DNA of 64,000 nucleotides from the NCBI GenBank assembly GCA_021613535.1, contig CP075492.1, positions 1,984,001-2,048,000 on the forward strand, in the 5' to 3' direction. Every line of letters starts with the position of its first letter. The stretch's first letter is position 1. The translations under genes and the position numbers were made by a program. The notes under the pieces were generated by a model. That model saw nothing but the letters and a program-made list of their open reading frames with translations. It did no database searches and was not told where the DNA came from. This document shows, piece after piece, positions 45,070 through 58,967 of the stretch. Source of the stretch: Adineta vaga. Lineage: Eukaryota > Animalia > Rotifera.

Positions 45070-48000
45070 TTAGTGCGAAGTAACATTATTGTTGAAATTA
45101 CCGATACCAGTCAAGCAACATTGACATGTATTGAACAATATAATAAGAGCACCAGGATAGCTCTTTTGGACGGCTAGATCGCTATATCCGTCATTGTTAA
45201 AATCATTAACCAACGTATTGGCACTTTGTCCCCAGGCCTGGAGCATTTCAGTATCAACTATTAGCCTGTATCGGAAATCTTTGTTTCTTGATCCCATTAA
45301 TGCACCTACATTATATTGAGAGGACTCAGCAAGAATAATGTCCAAATGTCCATCACAATTAAAATCCGTAACAGCCACTGGATGGACTGTTTTAGCACCA
45401 GGAATGGTAAGTTTATTTACAATACCGAAAGTTCCGTTACCATATCCGTGCATGATACCAATTATTCCATTATAATAATGAAAAATAACGTCTAAATGAG
45501 TATCATCATTTAAATCCACGAGAAATAGCTGCTTCGCCCCAGATTCGTATCCAGGGGAGAAAATCGAATATTCACTAAAAATAGCATCACCATGTCCCAA
45601 ATAAACAGCAATATCGTGAGAATATTCAAGACTAATCATGATATCTAAATGTCCATCATGGTTTAAGTCATCCAGTGTCATTGATGATGGGGCACTGTTG
45701 TGTTCAAAGTATAGTATAGTGTATAGTAAAAAATTTCCGGTGCCATTTCCAAGCAACACACGAATCATGTCTTTCCAAGTGCATATATACAACATATCCA
45801 AATAATTGTCATTATTTAACTCAATTATGATTAGGGCTTTTGCACCTTCGTCTGATAATTGCATTGTATTTACTAGTTCAAAAGCTGTATTTCCCTTACC
45901 GAAAAATATGCTTAACTCGCCTTTGAGAATATCTAAACCGAGTATATCATTTTGTCGATCATTGTTAATGTCAGCCACACTTATATGGAAAAAGCGATGA
46001 CCGCCTTCCACTGGATAGATTTTTTCAGTCCTAAAAACTCCATCTTCAGACGACATTAACATGTGAATAGCTGAAGTATTGTCACAGAAATATATCAGAT
46101 CCAATAGAAAATCATTGTTCAAATCTATAACGGTTTGTGCACGTGTTATATCACAAGCGGTTGTTTTTATTTGTATTGCTTGGGTTGATATTGGACAAAA
46201 TGATACTGAGAAAAAAGAACATTTCCAATAGTATTCTATCTGTATACTACGTATGATTCTATTCAGATTGATTCATGAATAACTCACTTGTAGCAAAACT
46301 AACATAAGATGAACAATGACAGAACTTTCTTGAATTTTCGAAATTTATATTACAATCATTTATACATATCTATACAGGGAATAATTCATGTTATTGACTG
46401 GCAATATCTCATATTCCCGATGCGAAAATAGGCACTAATGCTTGAAATATTTTTATCATAAACATAGAAACTATATCAATACATTCTATACCTCGACACA
46501 CGCATCTGTTTTTACGGTATTATTCTTTATTTATATTGTGCACAAGATAAATCTACGCACCTTCTGTGGATGTTATTGTTTCTGTTTTTGTTGTTGTTGA
46601 TGTACGTTTTGTTATCATCATATTTTTATCTACTGTTACATTTGATGAAGATGCTAATAAATATAAATAGGTAAAAGAAAGCAACTTATACATATATGTT
46701 CATAAGATCGAAAAGATTTTACCTTTTGACGTAATAAAAATAGTAAAATGAATAAGAGATATAGTCAGAAATACAAATATAAAACAAACATTGATAAATC
46801 TATATGAATATTGAATAGAATTTCTTCTAAAGAAAAAGATAAGAGTTGTCTAACAAATCAAACGATATAGAGAAAGAAAACATGTACTTGTCGTTTGTTT
46901 CAATTGTTGAAGTTTGCTCGGTTGTAGGATTATTTTTTTCTATCGATTGAGAATGAATAATATTTGATCGTTTCTTTCGATATTGATAAACTTTCACAAT
47001 AACTTGAACTGTTCTGGGACAAATCCAATTTAGAACAATTCCTAAACCGGCTTGGAAACCAAGTAAAAATGTTATTAGATCAAGTAAATTATATCTTTGA
47101 TTATAAGTATAAGAACAGAATGAAGGTAAACATTGATTAAAGTATGATAAATAATCAATATTTATTAACCATGATTCAACAAATAGATCATTCATCAATT
47201 CATTGACTGTTTTGTTAATTAAAGATTCGTTAGTTGAAAAAGAAAGTGATGAAATAATACCAGTTGAATTTGTATATTGTTGAATAAGATTTAAACATGA
47301 TTGATTATAGAAACATTCAAGAGTTGAAAGACGAAATGATTCACTTGGTAAACAGCCCGTTTTCAATCCTTGAACTGGGATGAAGTCCATCGAATTAGTT
47401 TGATTGAAAAAACCAGCTTGAGTTGTACAATTGGAAGTTAATCCACAAGTACAATTATTATCATAAATCATCGGTTCAGTTGGCGCATAAACCTTATTAA
47501 AATGATCCCAAGGGAAAACATATTTGTAATTTGATTGATATTTTGATATAAAAGCATTTCCATGATAAACAATCAGAAGTAAAGAAAAAAGATTAATAAA
47601 TTCTATTGGAACATTGGACTTGGTTTGTTCAACAATATGATTTATGCTTTCATCAAACTCTTTTTTTGCTAAAAGTTTTTTTGTAATTAATAATGTTGAA
47701 TTAAATTGATCAATTACATTCTTGACAACTTCCATTGAATTCCTACATAATCCTTGAAGAAATTTCAAATGTGCTAAAAGAAAAACACGATAATCATTTT
47801 TTTCATAAGTAAACAAATCAGAAATAAGTTTTCTTGTCACATTCATTTGCCATTGATCAGAAACAAATGGACTTGTACAAATCTTAAATTAGATAGAATA
47901 AATTTTTTTAGTGACGTCATATATCAATATTTTGAAGATGTTATTATTATCCACCATTGAATATGGTTTGATCTTTACCTCATAATGTTTTGGTTGAATT

Positions 48001-51000
48001 TGAATAAATGTTTCATACTTTGATGCTATGTTTGAACATGAACATTGTAATTTTTCACCATGAATCTCTACAAGATGATGATATTCACTAATTGAAGGTT
48101 GATCATATGAGTTTGTTGTAGTTTCTGATTCAATAACATTATGAAGAATAAATATAAAATTGATAAGAATAAATAAGCCAATATAAAGACGAGTTGACCA
48201 TCGACCGAGACCTTGAGCTGACTCTCGAGTAATATTACTACTAAAATCTCGCACATGAAATAAGTTTAAACTAAATATAGTGTTAATAGAAGTTGTTAAT
48301 AATTTCCAAATGATCCTTTTCAATTTATCAAAAAACTTCAGTTGAATCACATCTAAACATAAACAAATGAAGTTTTCTTTAATGTTACTTTAATAAGAAT
48401 AACTAATCAGAATTTTTATAGAAAACACAATACTTCAAAATGAACGATTGAATCATGAGTTGCCTAATTCGAATTATAATATAAATTCACATTCAACTGC
48501 CTTATATCAATTCGAAAATAAATAGATTTAGATTTAGTTATTCTCTGTGTCATAGAGAAAACTCTTGCAAATATAAATTGCCTGCTTGCTTACTTACTTC
48601 TGTGTGAGCACTCACTGAATGGTCAAAAAAACATTTTGTACGTTATTTATTGGGACCAAGGGCGCTTTTTTCCCAGAAAAACATTTTTTTTTATAACGTT
48701 TGACAGGAGCGTTATCGAGGCAAAGAAACCGGAATTTAATAGGACGTATATTTTCAGTTATAAAAGAAATTCTAAGTCACAATTTCTAACGTAAACTAGA
48801 ACCGATGTTGAGGTTACTATTTTGGTTAGGGTGCCACGCAGGGTGTTGGCCAGTGTCTCTCGGTGAGAATCTTGCAGAGAATGTTGAGGATAGTCTCTAG
48901 TGTGGGTGCTGTAGAGGGTGTTGTCAGGAGCCCCTCAGTGAGGGTGCTTCAACGGTATTACGAACAAAATACTTTTCAATTCAAATTGGAATTGACCGCT
49001 TAGATTTAAACTGGATTCAGCGTTCAAGTTCCACACTCACACCCATCGAATAACTTAAAGATGTTCAACTTATAGAAGCGTATTTAATTGCGTCACTAAT
49101 ATAAATCAATATTTACCTAGCTCTTGTTGTGTGTGATTTTGTTCTTCGGATCGTTTTTTAACAATTCGTTTCCATAGATAAAGAATTAACTTAATAAAAA
49201 GCGGCGTAGCTAAACGCACTGAAACAATGACACCACTGATCATCGATATCAATGTTATTATTGCGTCAAAAAAATTTTTGATATGAACTCGTTTCGTATA
49301 TGTACAATGAGTTGGTGCACAGTTTTCATAAAATTTTTTGTATGAGGTAGATGAATTCCATCTTTCGATCATTATATCGGCGATGATATCTCTAATTAAC
49401 ATATCTGGATAAAAACGATCAACTGTCGAATTGTAAACAAGAGGACGAGGTTCATACCAAGAAACACGTGTAATAAGGGTATAGGTTAAGATAAATAATG
49501 TTTTTACGTGACGTAATAAACGTAGTAAACAATCCACTGAATATAAACATTCGAAGTTCGATAACATAAAAGAATCCATAGGTGAACAACTTTGCTTCCA
49601 CCCCGGCAACATATAAGAAATTGTATAAGTAGAATTCTTGTTGGAATCATAATCGTAGTTATATATAGGGGCTGGTCTTTGACAATGAGGATTAACAATA
49701 CAGACACAATCAGTAAATGTTGAATTAGTGTCATTGTTTTGCATGAAACGAAATACGAACTAGATGAAAGAAATTTACATTATCTATTTATAACGGATAT
49801 GAAAAGAGCTTTCGACTTTTAAAAATGTGCTTAATTTCATGATACTGAGAACTTCATTTAGTATATTACAGATTCCATGTATCTTTATAGTGTGTAAAAC
49901 AATGCAAAGCAAGTGTGAACTGAACTATGTATACCTCTAGTGTAGCAATCACGTTATTTAATCCCTTTTCGAACATATACAATCATTACTTTATATAAAA
50001 TGATAGAGAAGGTAAATTTTCGTAATGTTCAGTGTATTTGTCAGATTAAAATACTTACATGATGTAACAACGTAAAAAAGTGCCTCACTATGTCATATTT
50101 CCAATAAGAAGAACTTTAAAAAGATTAACGACAATTCCTTTTCACTCACTTTTGATTTCTCAAGCTTTATTACAATGAAATTGCTTACAAAACTAATCTG
50201 CTTATATATTTGAATAGTAACTTACATTCAACGAATTTGTACGATTAGTTTTATTTGATACGACGTGTGCCACTAAATTTGGATGGAACGACTGAACTAA
50301 ATGATTAGATGATTTCATATAAGGCTGATCAACGTTTTCAAGAAGACGTTCTACAGCAATGAGACGACTAAAATAGAACTTGGTTGATTGAGAAAACTGC
50401 TTGAGTATTTCATTGAATTGTGTAGAAAATTCCGTTTCAGTAGGTAAATTAGAACTAATAAAGAATTGCATCATAAATTGATCAATAGCATCCTTGACAG
50501 TCTCATTTGCCAACTTGCAAAGATCTGATAAAAATTGAAATTGTGAAAATGCTGTATTGCGCCAGTCTAGTGCAGCATAAGGGTGTACGGTCTCCTTCAG
50601 TACGTCAATCCATCGCTTGTCAATAAAATCACTCTGACATACTTGATGAAATATTGGTACTAATGAAATAATTGTTGTATAAGGTGTTACCATAGTAGAA
50701 CAAAAGCATTTCAATGTTTTAGAATATAGACTGTGTAGTTCAGTGTATTTGACTAGTAATGGTTTCTCTTCAGTTATTATCTTTATTTCATAAGTTAATA
50801 AAATAAAGAGAAAGATAGTCAGAAAGATACCTATAGTAAGAAAAGAGAAATATTCGTGTAGCGAGATTGTGTTGCTATAGTATTTAAATATTTCAAATAA
50901 ATGATGTAAAACATGTATTTTAGATAGACTTCACTATAAATACTAAAACAAGAGGCATATCAAATAAAAACAATCGTACCTATTAACAAAATTAGATAAA

Positions 51001-53629
51001 CATATGTAGTGAGCTTTTGTTCCTTAATATCGTTTTCTGTCCGTGCAATGGTATCTTTGAACAAATTCAATGCCTTAATTGACTGGACTAGTTTCTGCAT
51101 CATGCTGTTTTGTGGAACTACAATATACATTCAAACTTCAACTATTTTGTCATCTAACAGAAATTTACCAAGGTGAATTTTTTTATGCGCCAATCGATTT
51201 CTAAATTCTAAAACAACTTTGACTAAAAATGTTGTAATCAGACGAAGTATGATAATGAGACCACCATAAAGACTAATAAAAAGAGTAATCACATACGATG
51301 GATTCATCTGATCTGTTTTTGTATATGTGCAATGTAAAGGAGAACATTTGTTAAAATATTCTAAATAATTAGTTTTTATTGACCAATTGAGAATGAAGAG
51401 ATTAGATAAAAGATTTTTCACAGTAACTAGTGCTTTATTTGAAGATAAAACGCAATTACTCCAATTTGAGCTAGTCTTAAAAGAAGAAGAATTAAGGCAA
51501 AATATAAAATATTTTACATACATGATTAAGAGTTGGAAAATATTCGAACAAGAATTTGAGACAATCCATGTCATACAAACAATTAAGTCTACTTGCATAA
51601 GCAGCTTTGAGAACAGTACAGCTTGTGCGAAAACCAGTAACTTCATCGTTTTTCTGAACATCTTTCCAAGTTTTATGATTTTTTACATATGGATCGTTGG
51701 CAGTATTTGCTAGAGTAAGAGCCGCGTGCTTATTTACATCTGCATCCTTACAATAAACTTCACGTGAACCATACAGTAAAGCAGGCTTGGTAATGTATGT
51801 CTCTTGCAGTATAGCATTGTACTCATATTCACGTTTCACAATTTCCAAGAAGCCATTTGTATTTAGAGCCGATACGAGATAGTGAGCCCTATTGACTGTT
51901 CCCAAATAGTTAAGAAAAGTATAGATTTGGACAGTTGAACTATTCTTATAATATTCAATAATAGCGTTAACTTCCGATTGTATTTGTTTCTCCGTATGAA
52001 GATGAATAGTGGCTACTTCATATCTGTCAATATAAATCAGATTCGAAGCGATTGTATTTTTAGCGAGAAAACAAAAATCGGCAAGAATTGAGAACTAAAA
52101 AGACAAAAAAATAACAACAAATCATGGACTATAATATACCGAATGTTTCAACAAGGATGGTTCTATAAACATGTGATTTTTTTATCGGAAATGATAGGTA
52201 AGTACAGATACAAACAATTCGACTATTCGTTTTCTACTGATTTCGAATAGATTTAGATATATGTACGCACCAGACTCATTCATTCGAACTATCTTGAGAG
52301 TGTGGGTGTTAGTGTGGGTCAAGATATCTCTTCTCTATCCTCAACCATAGGAGGACCCAAGAGTATCCCGAGGGTGTGGGTGTGGGTGTAGAAGAGATGA
52401 GTTTACCTTCACCCACACTCTCAAAATATTGCTCAATATGGTGAAGTTCTGCAATCATCACTGGTTACCTCCTCTCCCTGCTAGTGTACTTATAAGTCAC
52501 TCACAGCCTATATGAGGTAAGAATGTATTTTAAACAAAATAATTAAAACTTACCAGATGACTAGCAGTTTTGCGAAAATCATCTAGAGGATATCGATTTG
52601 CCATTGGTGAATACAATGCTTCAATCCATTGTTTACTAATGAAAATGCTTGAACAAAGTGGGTGAAATATGACGTTGTTGTTCACAAAATCCCCCAAAGG
52701 TATAGTCGTTTTGGAACATGGACATGAAAGTGATTGATCAACATCTTGATAAAGTTTACGAAAACGAGAAGAATTAATTTCAGATACCATCCTCGTTCGA
52801 ACTTGTACTTTTGTGATTCCAATGGAAAAAATTAGATAAATACAAACTAAAATAAAATGAGAACATTTGAAAAGTTACTCTTATGGGTCCATAAAGTTTG
52901 GCTCGAGTTCAGTGTTAAGAACGGAATTGTCTACATAGTTCTTCTGTGGGAACTGCTAGGTATCTTCACCTGCTCTTGTATGGAGGTATACTCTTAAGTC
53001 TTCTAGTCTTAAAATAAAGAGTATATGTTACAGGTATGTACATACACATGCCTTCACACACTCTTCTCCGTTTGTTTTTCTACTATCATCAATACATTCT
53101 TTTTCATATGGTTTCGAATAAACAGATTGAGATTCGTCTCTCCAGTGAAGACATCACTAATATTATAGATATGTGTTCATGGTCTATTTCACGGAAATAC
53201 TATATAAGATAGCATATCAATATGCGACGTCTCTTTTGCAGAGGAATTTATTGTACAGCTTTTTCAAAATGGACTACTTGGACAGTTCGATAGTTCATTT
53301 GAACGGATTTTGTACTGCCTTCAATTATTGTTGAACAAACACTTCTTATTTAATACATAAAATAATCAATTGTTCTGATATCCTATCGATATAGTGAGGG
53401 AAAATATTCTGTTTGATCTTAGTCAAGCGCACTTTCACTTATCATTCATACTAACTAAAAAGCATTTTGTCTTACCGATGAGTAAAAAGATGTACAACCA
53501 AGTTGAATATTTTTGTTCTTTTAAGACACTTGATGATTGTTGTTTTTCAATATCATCTTCGGCTATAAACAGATTATAATCATAAATATAATTATAAAAT
53601 CTATGAAATATAGATTTCAGCTTCATCAT
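45070..53629 (-). CDS. Large multi-exon membrane protein: three tandem TM/Cys-rich ectodomain/TM modules, then TM, Thr-rich linker and FG-GAP/VCBS-repeat propeller
   Basis: Each module has NLF...T..Y..L (TM), CxCS, CxSxF, SxLECxYxxxC and (F/Y)xxCxPxxCxY plus TM. The junctions at 51168/51117, 49117/48352 and into exon 46205-45070 are in-phase GT-AG. The last exon has DLNxDGxLD repeats. Confidence 0.7.
48826..48950. repeat. Degenerate about 38-bp tandem repeat (3 units), intronic
   Basis: GGGTGTTG...CTC.GTGAG..T.TT.AGA pattern repeated three times. Confidence 0.4.
52294..52424. repeat. Compound telomere-repeat-like hairpin, intronic
   Basis: TTGAGAGTGTGGGTG (52294) is the exact reverse complement of CACCCACACTCTCAA (52410). 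A second G-arm starts at 52370. Confidence 0.75.
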
Positions 53630-54435
53630 TGCAATAAATCAATTAGAGTTAAAAATAATGAAATGTTGTGTTGAACTTAACATAAATTGTTACACATCCA
53701 TCATTTCAGAAAAGTCATAATTAACTAAATCACAACGTTGGTAGATGACAATTAATTTGCAAAATCCGTTTCATTTATATCAAAGAATCAATGACGTCTA
53801 TTTTATTACTAAATATTGAATAAAACCTTCTAGAATTTCGATATCGCTTTTAAAACCATTTCAAACGGATGTAAACACAACATATACGTCACAGAAAATC
53901 GATGAAAAACAACAAACGATGAATATTTTCTCTTATTACTACATATAGTTATCGTATATTAAAATAAAATTTCTATCCGTATTTATGATAACACATGTCG
54001 TTTTGCGCATTTCCTTTCTCTTGATAAATCAAAAAAATAATACAGAGGTGTTAACAGTTGTTCTAAATGTAGAGAAACTATCTACTTTTTTTGTATAAAA
54101 GTAATTTCAGCACATATCTATCTGCGATAATAGAGATTGACCTAGGTTAAAATCGACTGAAAAAAGTTAACAACGGCAATATGTATGAATATTTCTGATT
54201 AGTTCCAGCTAAGGATATCCAGTTTTCAGAGATGTCCATCACGGTTGAAAATCAGTCGCTGCCGTGCCGCTGAGGTTTCGGAAAAATTTGTACCGCGCCG
54301 CGCCGCGACACGATGGTTCTTAAAAAGTCCATGCTGCGCCGCTGTCGCACCGCGATGGTATTAATAATGTGATTTTTGGAATGTATTTGCCCTGGAAAGC
54401 AGACTTTACGTACCTTATTTCTTTTACTACCTGTA

Positions 54436-54711
54436 TTAAGTGAGAAGAAGGCCAATGTACTTTATATTTAATTTCAAACAATTCAGAGGAAGGTTATCGA
54501 TGGACATAACACTTGCTTCATTATTTATTGTAATTAATTGGGATTTATAATTAAATGAAATGATTCGCCCACTGGATAAATCGAACTGGACAGTTAAATA
54601 TTCATTAGATAATTCAAATAAATTTTTATCATGAACACGATTGATTACTGGATTCGAACTAGTAATAAAAATAAATGTCAATGCAAAGTTGATATAAAAT
54701 ATCACATGCAT
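54436..54711 (-). pseudogene. Signal peptide plus beta-sandwich N-terminal fragment, reminiscent of a polysaccharide lyase/glycosidase N-domain
   Basis: LSNEYLTVQFDLSSGRIISFNYK. The ORF ends after 91 aa, next to a GC-rich transposon-like remnant (54228-54360). Confidence 0.3.
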
Positions 54712-55611
54712 TTTTCGGAATTTTATTTAGAAGAACTATAGAGAATAGACACTAACGATGTGATGATGAGCCTCTGTGATTGCGTTGTGCCTTGTGGCTA
54801 GTAGTGTATATTTAAGGTACACTCACTTATCATACAATTTCAAAGACAACTTTTTCTTTTGAGACCTTTGACTCACCTGTTGTAAATGAATCTCTGTAAT
54901 TGTCTTTTTTCTTGCTTTCTTTTTGTCTCTCTGTTATCATTTTATTTCATACGAACAGCATCATTACAGAAAAAAAACTCTTCACATTATATAAAACGAA
55001 ATGATGTTTACTAACATGAATTATATCGTACAGACTCCTTCTATCCACGTATCAGAAAGCTCTAACACCGATTCAATAATTTTCTATTGTGCGAAATTAA
55101 AAACAGTTGTAAACGCTAATTATGTCGGAAAAATGAAGCTGAAAGAGAACACTTCTACTGTATACTAGATTTTTTCGATAAGATCGCCAGCTGGAAGAAT
55201 AAAAAAAACATTTTTCTAATTCATTTAGCAGAAACCATGTAATGTTTGAACTGCTACAACTGTCAGTATTTTGAGGGTGTGTGCGGGTGAAGCTTTTTCC
55301 TCTTCTCTCAACCACACCCTAATTATTCTTGAGTATATTTTTGTTTATACAGATAAATGTCATAGATGATTCGAAGATGTATGATTATACTAGGCATAGC
55401 TAGTTGTTTTAAGATACTAATAATTTTATTTCATATTATTTATTGGTAAATATTCAAGCAAAGCGACTACGATAAAGCAAAAGTATGAGAAAGATGATTA
55501 CTTATTAGTCGTACAATAAATATGTATAAGATGAAAGAATATCATAAAACTTGCAAATTATTGGTAGATATGGCGTGCGCACGTTGATCATCAGTCAGGA
55601 AAAACGAAAGT

Positions 55612-56577
55612 TTATCTGTGATTGATTTTGTCTGCTTGATTAGTAGCCTTGACTTGAATAAATTTGGGCTGTTTTGCATGCGGCAAGTCGGAATCATTGA
55701 TGCCGGTCGGTCGATTTCCACTATTTGTCAGCATTGTCACATTACCAACCTTGTTTTTCGGAGTAGGTAAAATACAAAATAAAACTAATCCAAAGACTCC
55801 TAATGCGGCGCCTAAAGCAAAGATTGCATACGTTAAAGGAGCGAATGATATTTTTAATACCAATAATACGATCATCATGGTAATACTAGCTACAATATAC
55901 ACTATAGATAGTGCAATTGTTTTCTTACATTTGCCAAGATAAACAACGACAGCTAACATTGTTGTAAAGAAACCAATAAGAGCGATAGCTACTCCCAATT
56001 GATCTAAGACACTTTTCGTTGACTGATAACGAATGATCCATGCATAACACCAAGCAGTAGCATCGGTTATATTGACAGGAAATTGAGCTTTCGATAAACT
56101 TTCGCAAAGAAAAGTTGCATTTTGTGTTATAGGAGTAAAAGCACTACCAGTGAAAACAAAACAACCCATCGGATATTCAGGACAATCATCATCAGGTAGA
56201 ACTCGAACATCAGTTAAGACACAACCTTGAAACATCAGGACGGCAGTTATAGACAATATCAAGCCTCCAAGTAAGCAGCAAAAAATACCAATATAAAAGA
56301 CTGATTTTTGTTTTACTTGAGTCAACCATGGTTTCGGAGCGGAATTATATTCATCAGGATCTGAGAACAGATTTTTACCGTTTTGTTGTTGACTATCATG
56401 TTCATTGTAATCATCGTGCGCTTTTGTTGGATTAACACCAATAACTCGTTCAATGACAAATTCTTGACCTTTTTTTGAGCTGAAAAAGGTGGCAAAAACG
56501 CCGATAATACATGAGAGTACGAGAGCAATCGTAATACCATAATTCGCTACAGTATAAGTAGTATATGTCCATTCCAT
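55612..56577 (-). CDS. Hypothetical multi-pass membrane protein (about 5 TM) with a Cys-containing loop
   Basis: 321-aa ATG-initiated ORF with several hydrophobic segments. Confidence 0.65.
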   Translation of the reverse strand: MEWTYTTYTVANYGITIALVLSCIIGVFATFFSSKKGQEFVIERVIGVNPTKAHDDYNEHDSQQQNGKNLFSDPDEYNSAPKPWLTQVKQKSVFYIGIFCCLLGGLILSITAVLMFQGCVLTDVRVLPDDDCPEYPMGCFVFTGSAFTPITQNATFLCESLSKAQFPVNITDATAWCYAWIIRYQSTKSVLDQLGVAIALIGFFTTMLAVVVYLGKCKKTIALSIVYIVASITMMIVLLVLKISFAPLTYAIFALGAALGVFGLVLFCILPTPKNKVGNVTMLTNSGNRPTGINDSDLPHAKQPKFIQVKATNQADKINHR

Positions 56578-57406
56578 TGTGAAAACTCAATGTTGTCGCT
56601 TAACAATAAAATTGTGTGAAATGACTATATATCACCAATTTTCTTTTCTCTTCAGAAAAATCTGTTAGTATAGTGCGAAGAAACTATGGTGACAAAGGTA
56701 AATGAGAAATATTAATAAGTATCGGTGACGGGAAAAAATTGTTTTCTCTGGTATGCACTTTTTCCTGTGACCTTTCATCGTTTCCTTTGTTTTCTGCGGT
56801 GATTATATAGAGAGAAAATACAAGCAACGTTATAGTACTCGACACTTAAACGACGAGAATAAATATTTTTCTTTGTCTAAGAAATGTTCATTTTGTCTCA
56901 TGTAAAACAAATGTCATGTTTGTTTGAATATCATCAACTCGACAAAGTCATATAGAAATCAAACAACCCATACTCTACCGACAAGATTCTTAAAAACAAA
57001 GAACGTACTACGTAACTTATCTTAGGTCAGGATTTCAGTTTTGTTCCAAAACATTAGAATAAGATACAGATGGATGAGTTATGTCGAGTGAATGTCTCAA
57101 GAGTATAGTATATACGATCAATGAAGAAATGTTTTCTAGAATAATTTTCTGTGTGTTGACAACGATTGTTTTTGCGTCATAATTCTTTATCTTTAGAATG
57201 GATTGGTTTTAATCCATCTTGAGGGTGTGAGTGTGAATGAAGAAAAGAGTTATCGTGTACACGGCTGAACAGGCACACTGACCGATTATAGCAATGTACT
57301 CACTTTTTAAATACACTAAAAAAACAACGATACACATCAATTCAATTTATTAGTTACGCAATATATGTGTGAATATTCGTTTATTTGATAATGTAAAAAA
57401 GTCAAA

Positions 57407-58457
57407 TTAAAATTTCAGAATAGATCTTGTTAACGGATGTTCACTAATCCATCGATGATCTGCTCTTTGATATGAATTTCGTTGAAGACAATGATGAAGA
57501 ACATCTTGAACAAGACTCGAACGTGTTGGACGAGAACCCATGGGTGGTTGTGAACTTTCATATAATGGTCCTATTCCATAAGTAATCAAATATAAAATAG
57601 CACCAATTGACCATATATCAGCTTTTGATGTTATCGGAAATCCACTCCAAAAACATTCTGGTGCACTATAAGGACGTGTACCACCCGTTCCTTGATATCG
57701 ATTGTATCTTTAAAAAGAAAAGAGAAACATGAAAAAAATACACAAAAATACTGAAAATTTCAGTTACCTATCATATTCATCGATTGCAATACCAAAATCA
57801 ATAACTTTTAAATTTGAACCAAAAAATAATAAATTAGCTGGTTTTATATCACGATGAATCTATTAGAAAAATTCAAATAGAATTGAATCATTTCTTTCAA
57901 ATCTAAAATGAAATATTTACTTATAAGATTAACTTACAAAACCATATCGATGAAGTGTTAGAACAATATTAACTAATTGAATCCATATATTTTGTCGATC
58001 ATCTGCTGAAATATAATCACCAGAAAGAGATAGTCTTGATTTTGAATGCAAATTTTTGACTCGATCTGAAAATGATTCATCAGCTAATTCCATAACAATA
58101 AAAGCAACACCATATTTTGGAATATATTCATAACCATACATTGTTACAATATGTTCTGTTTCATTGAGCATTCGTTCAGCTACTTTGATTTCAGTTCGAA
58201 ACGAATTTAAACGTTGCGTTGCACTTAGACGATTTCTTGAACGATTAAAATCAAATACTTTTACAGCAGCATAATCACCTAAACATATCAAATAAATATG
58301 TTTTGAAATTAATCAGAGAAAAAAACTTCTTACCATTTTGCGTCGTTGATGTCCAAACAGATCCATATGCTCCAAATCCTAATCGATTAATTAAAGTATA
58401 GAATTTATCTTGTATCTTATATGTATGATTTGCATGGACAATCTCTTTTGGAAACAT
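57407..58457 (-). CDS. Ser/Thr protein kinase, kinase domain only (exons 58457-58334, 58278-57938, 57859-57768, 57707-57407)
   Basis: GFGAYG, AAVK, IHRDIKPAN, DFG, YSAPE, DIWSIG. Three in-phase GT-AG introns. Confidence 0.9.
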
Positions 58458-58967
58458 TTGAATAATTAAGAGAAAGGTTTTACAATTCTCTTTTCTCTTT
58501 TCTAAGTAAACATGTTTTTATCAAATGAAAGAAAATATCGATAATGATTTTTTTTTCTATATAGAATAAATATTTTCATTGATTTGATCAAATCAATAAA
58601 AATAAGTCAGTTCCAGATCGAATTCTAATGATGAGAAATATAGTGTCAATTTCCACAATAACAACATTTATTCAGCAAAATTGATGTAAAAACTAATATG
58701 TGGAAACAAGGCATCCACACCTTCAAGAATAAGAAGTGATGAGAAAAAAATACAATTTTGTGTTGTGATATATTTTTTATGCATTAGAAAATGGTCGATT
58801 GTGAGCGCCATCTATTAGATTTATTTACATTTTTTCAGGAAATATACAAGATTTTCAATGGTTATTTCGACTGTGTATAAATGATTTTTTTTCCCAGTAG
58901 CTTATTTTTATGTTTGAGAAAATATGACATAATTTATTCGTCCTAACAACAAACTAAGGACATAACA

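Noticed and set aside
54759-54968. TGTGATGATG...CATCATTACA 210-bp segment, possible solo LTR
   Set aside because: No TSD and no second copy; left unannotated.
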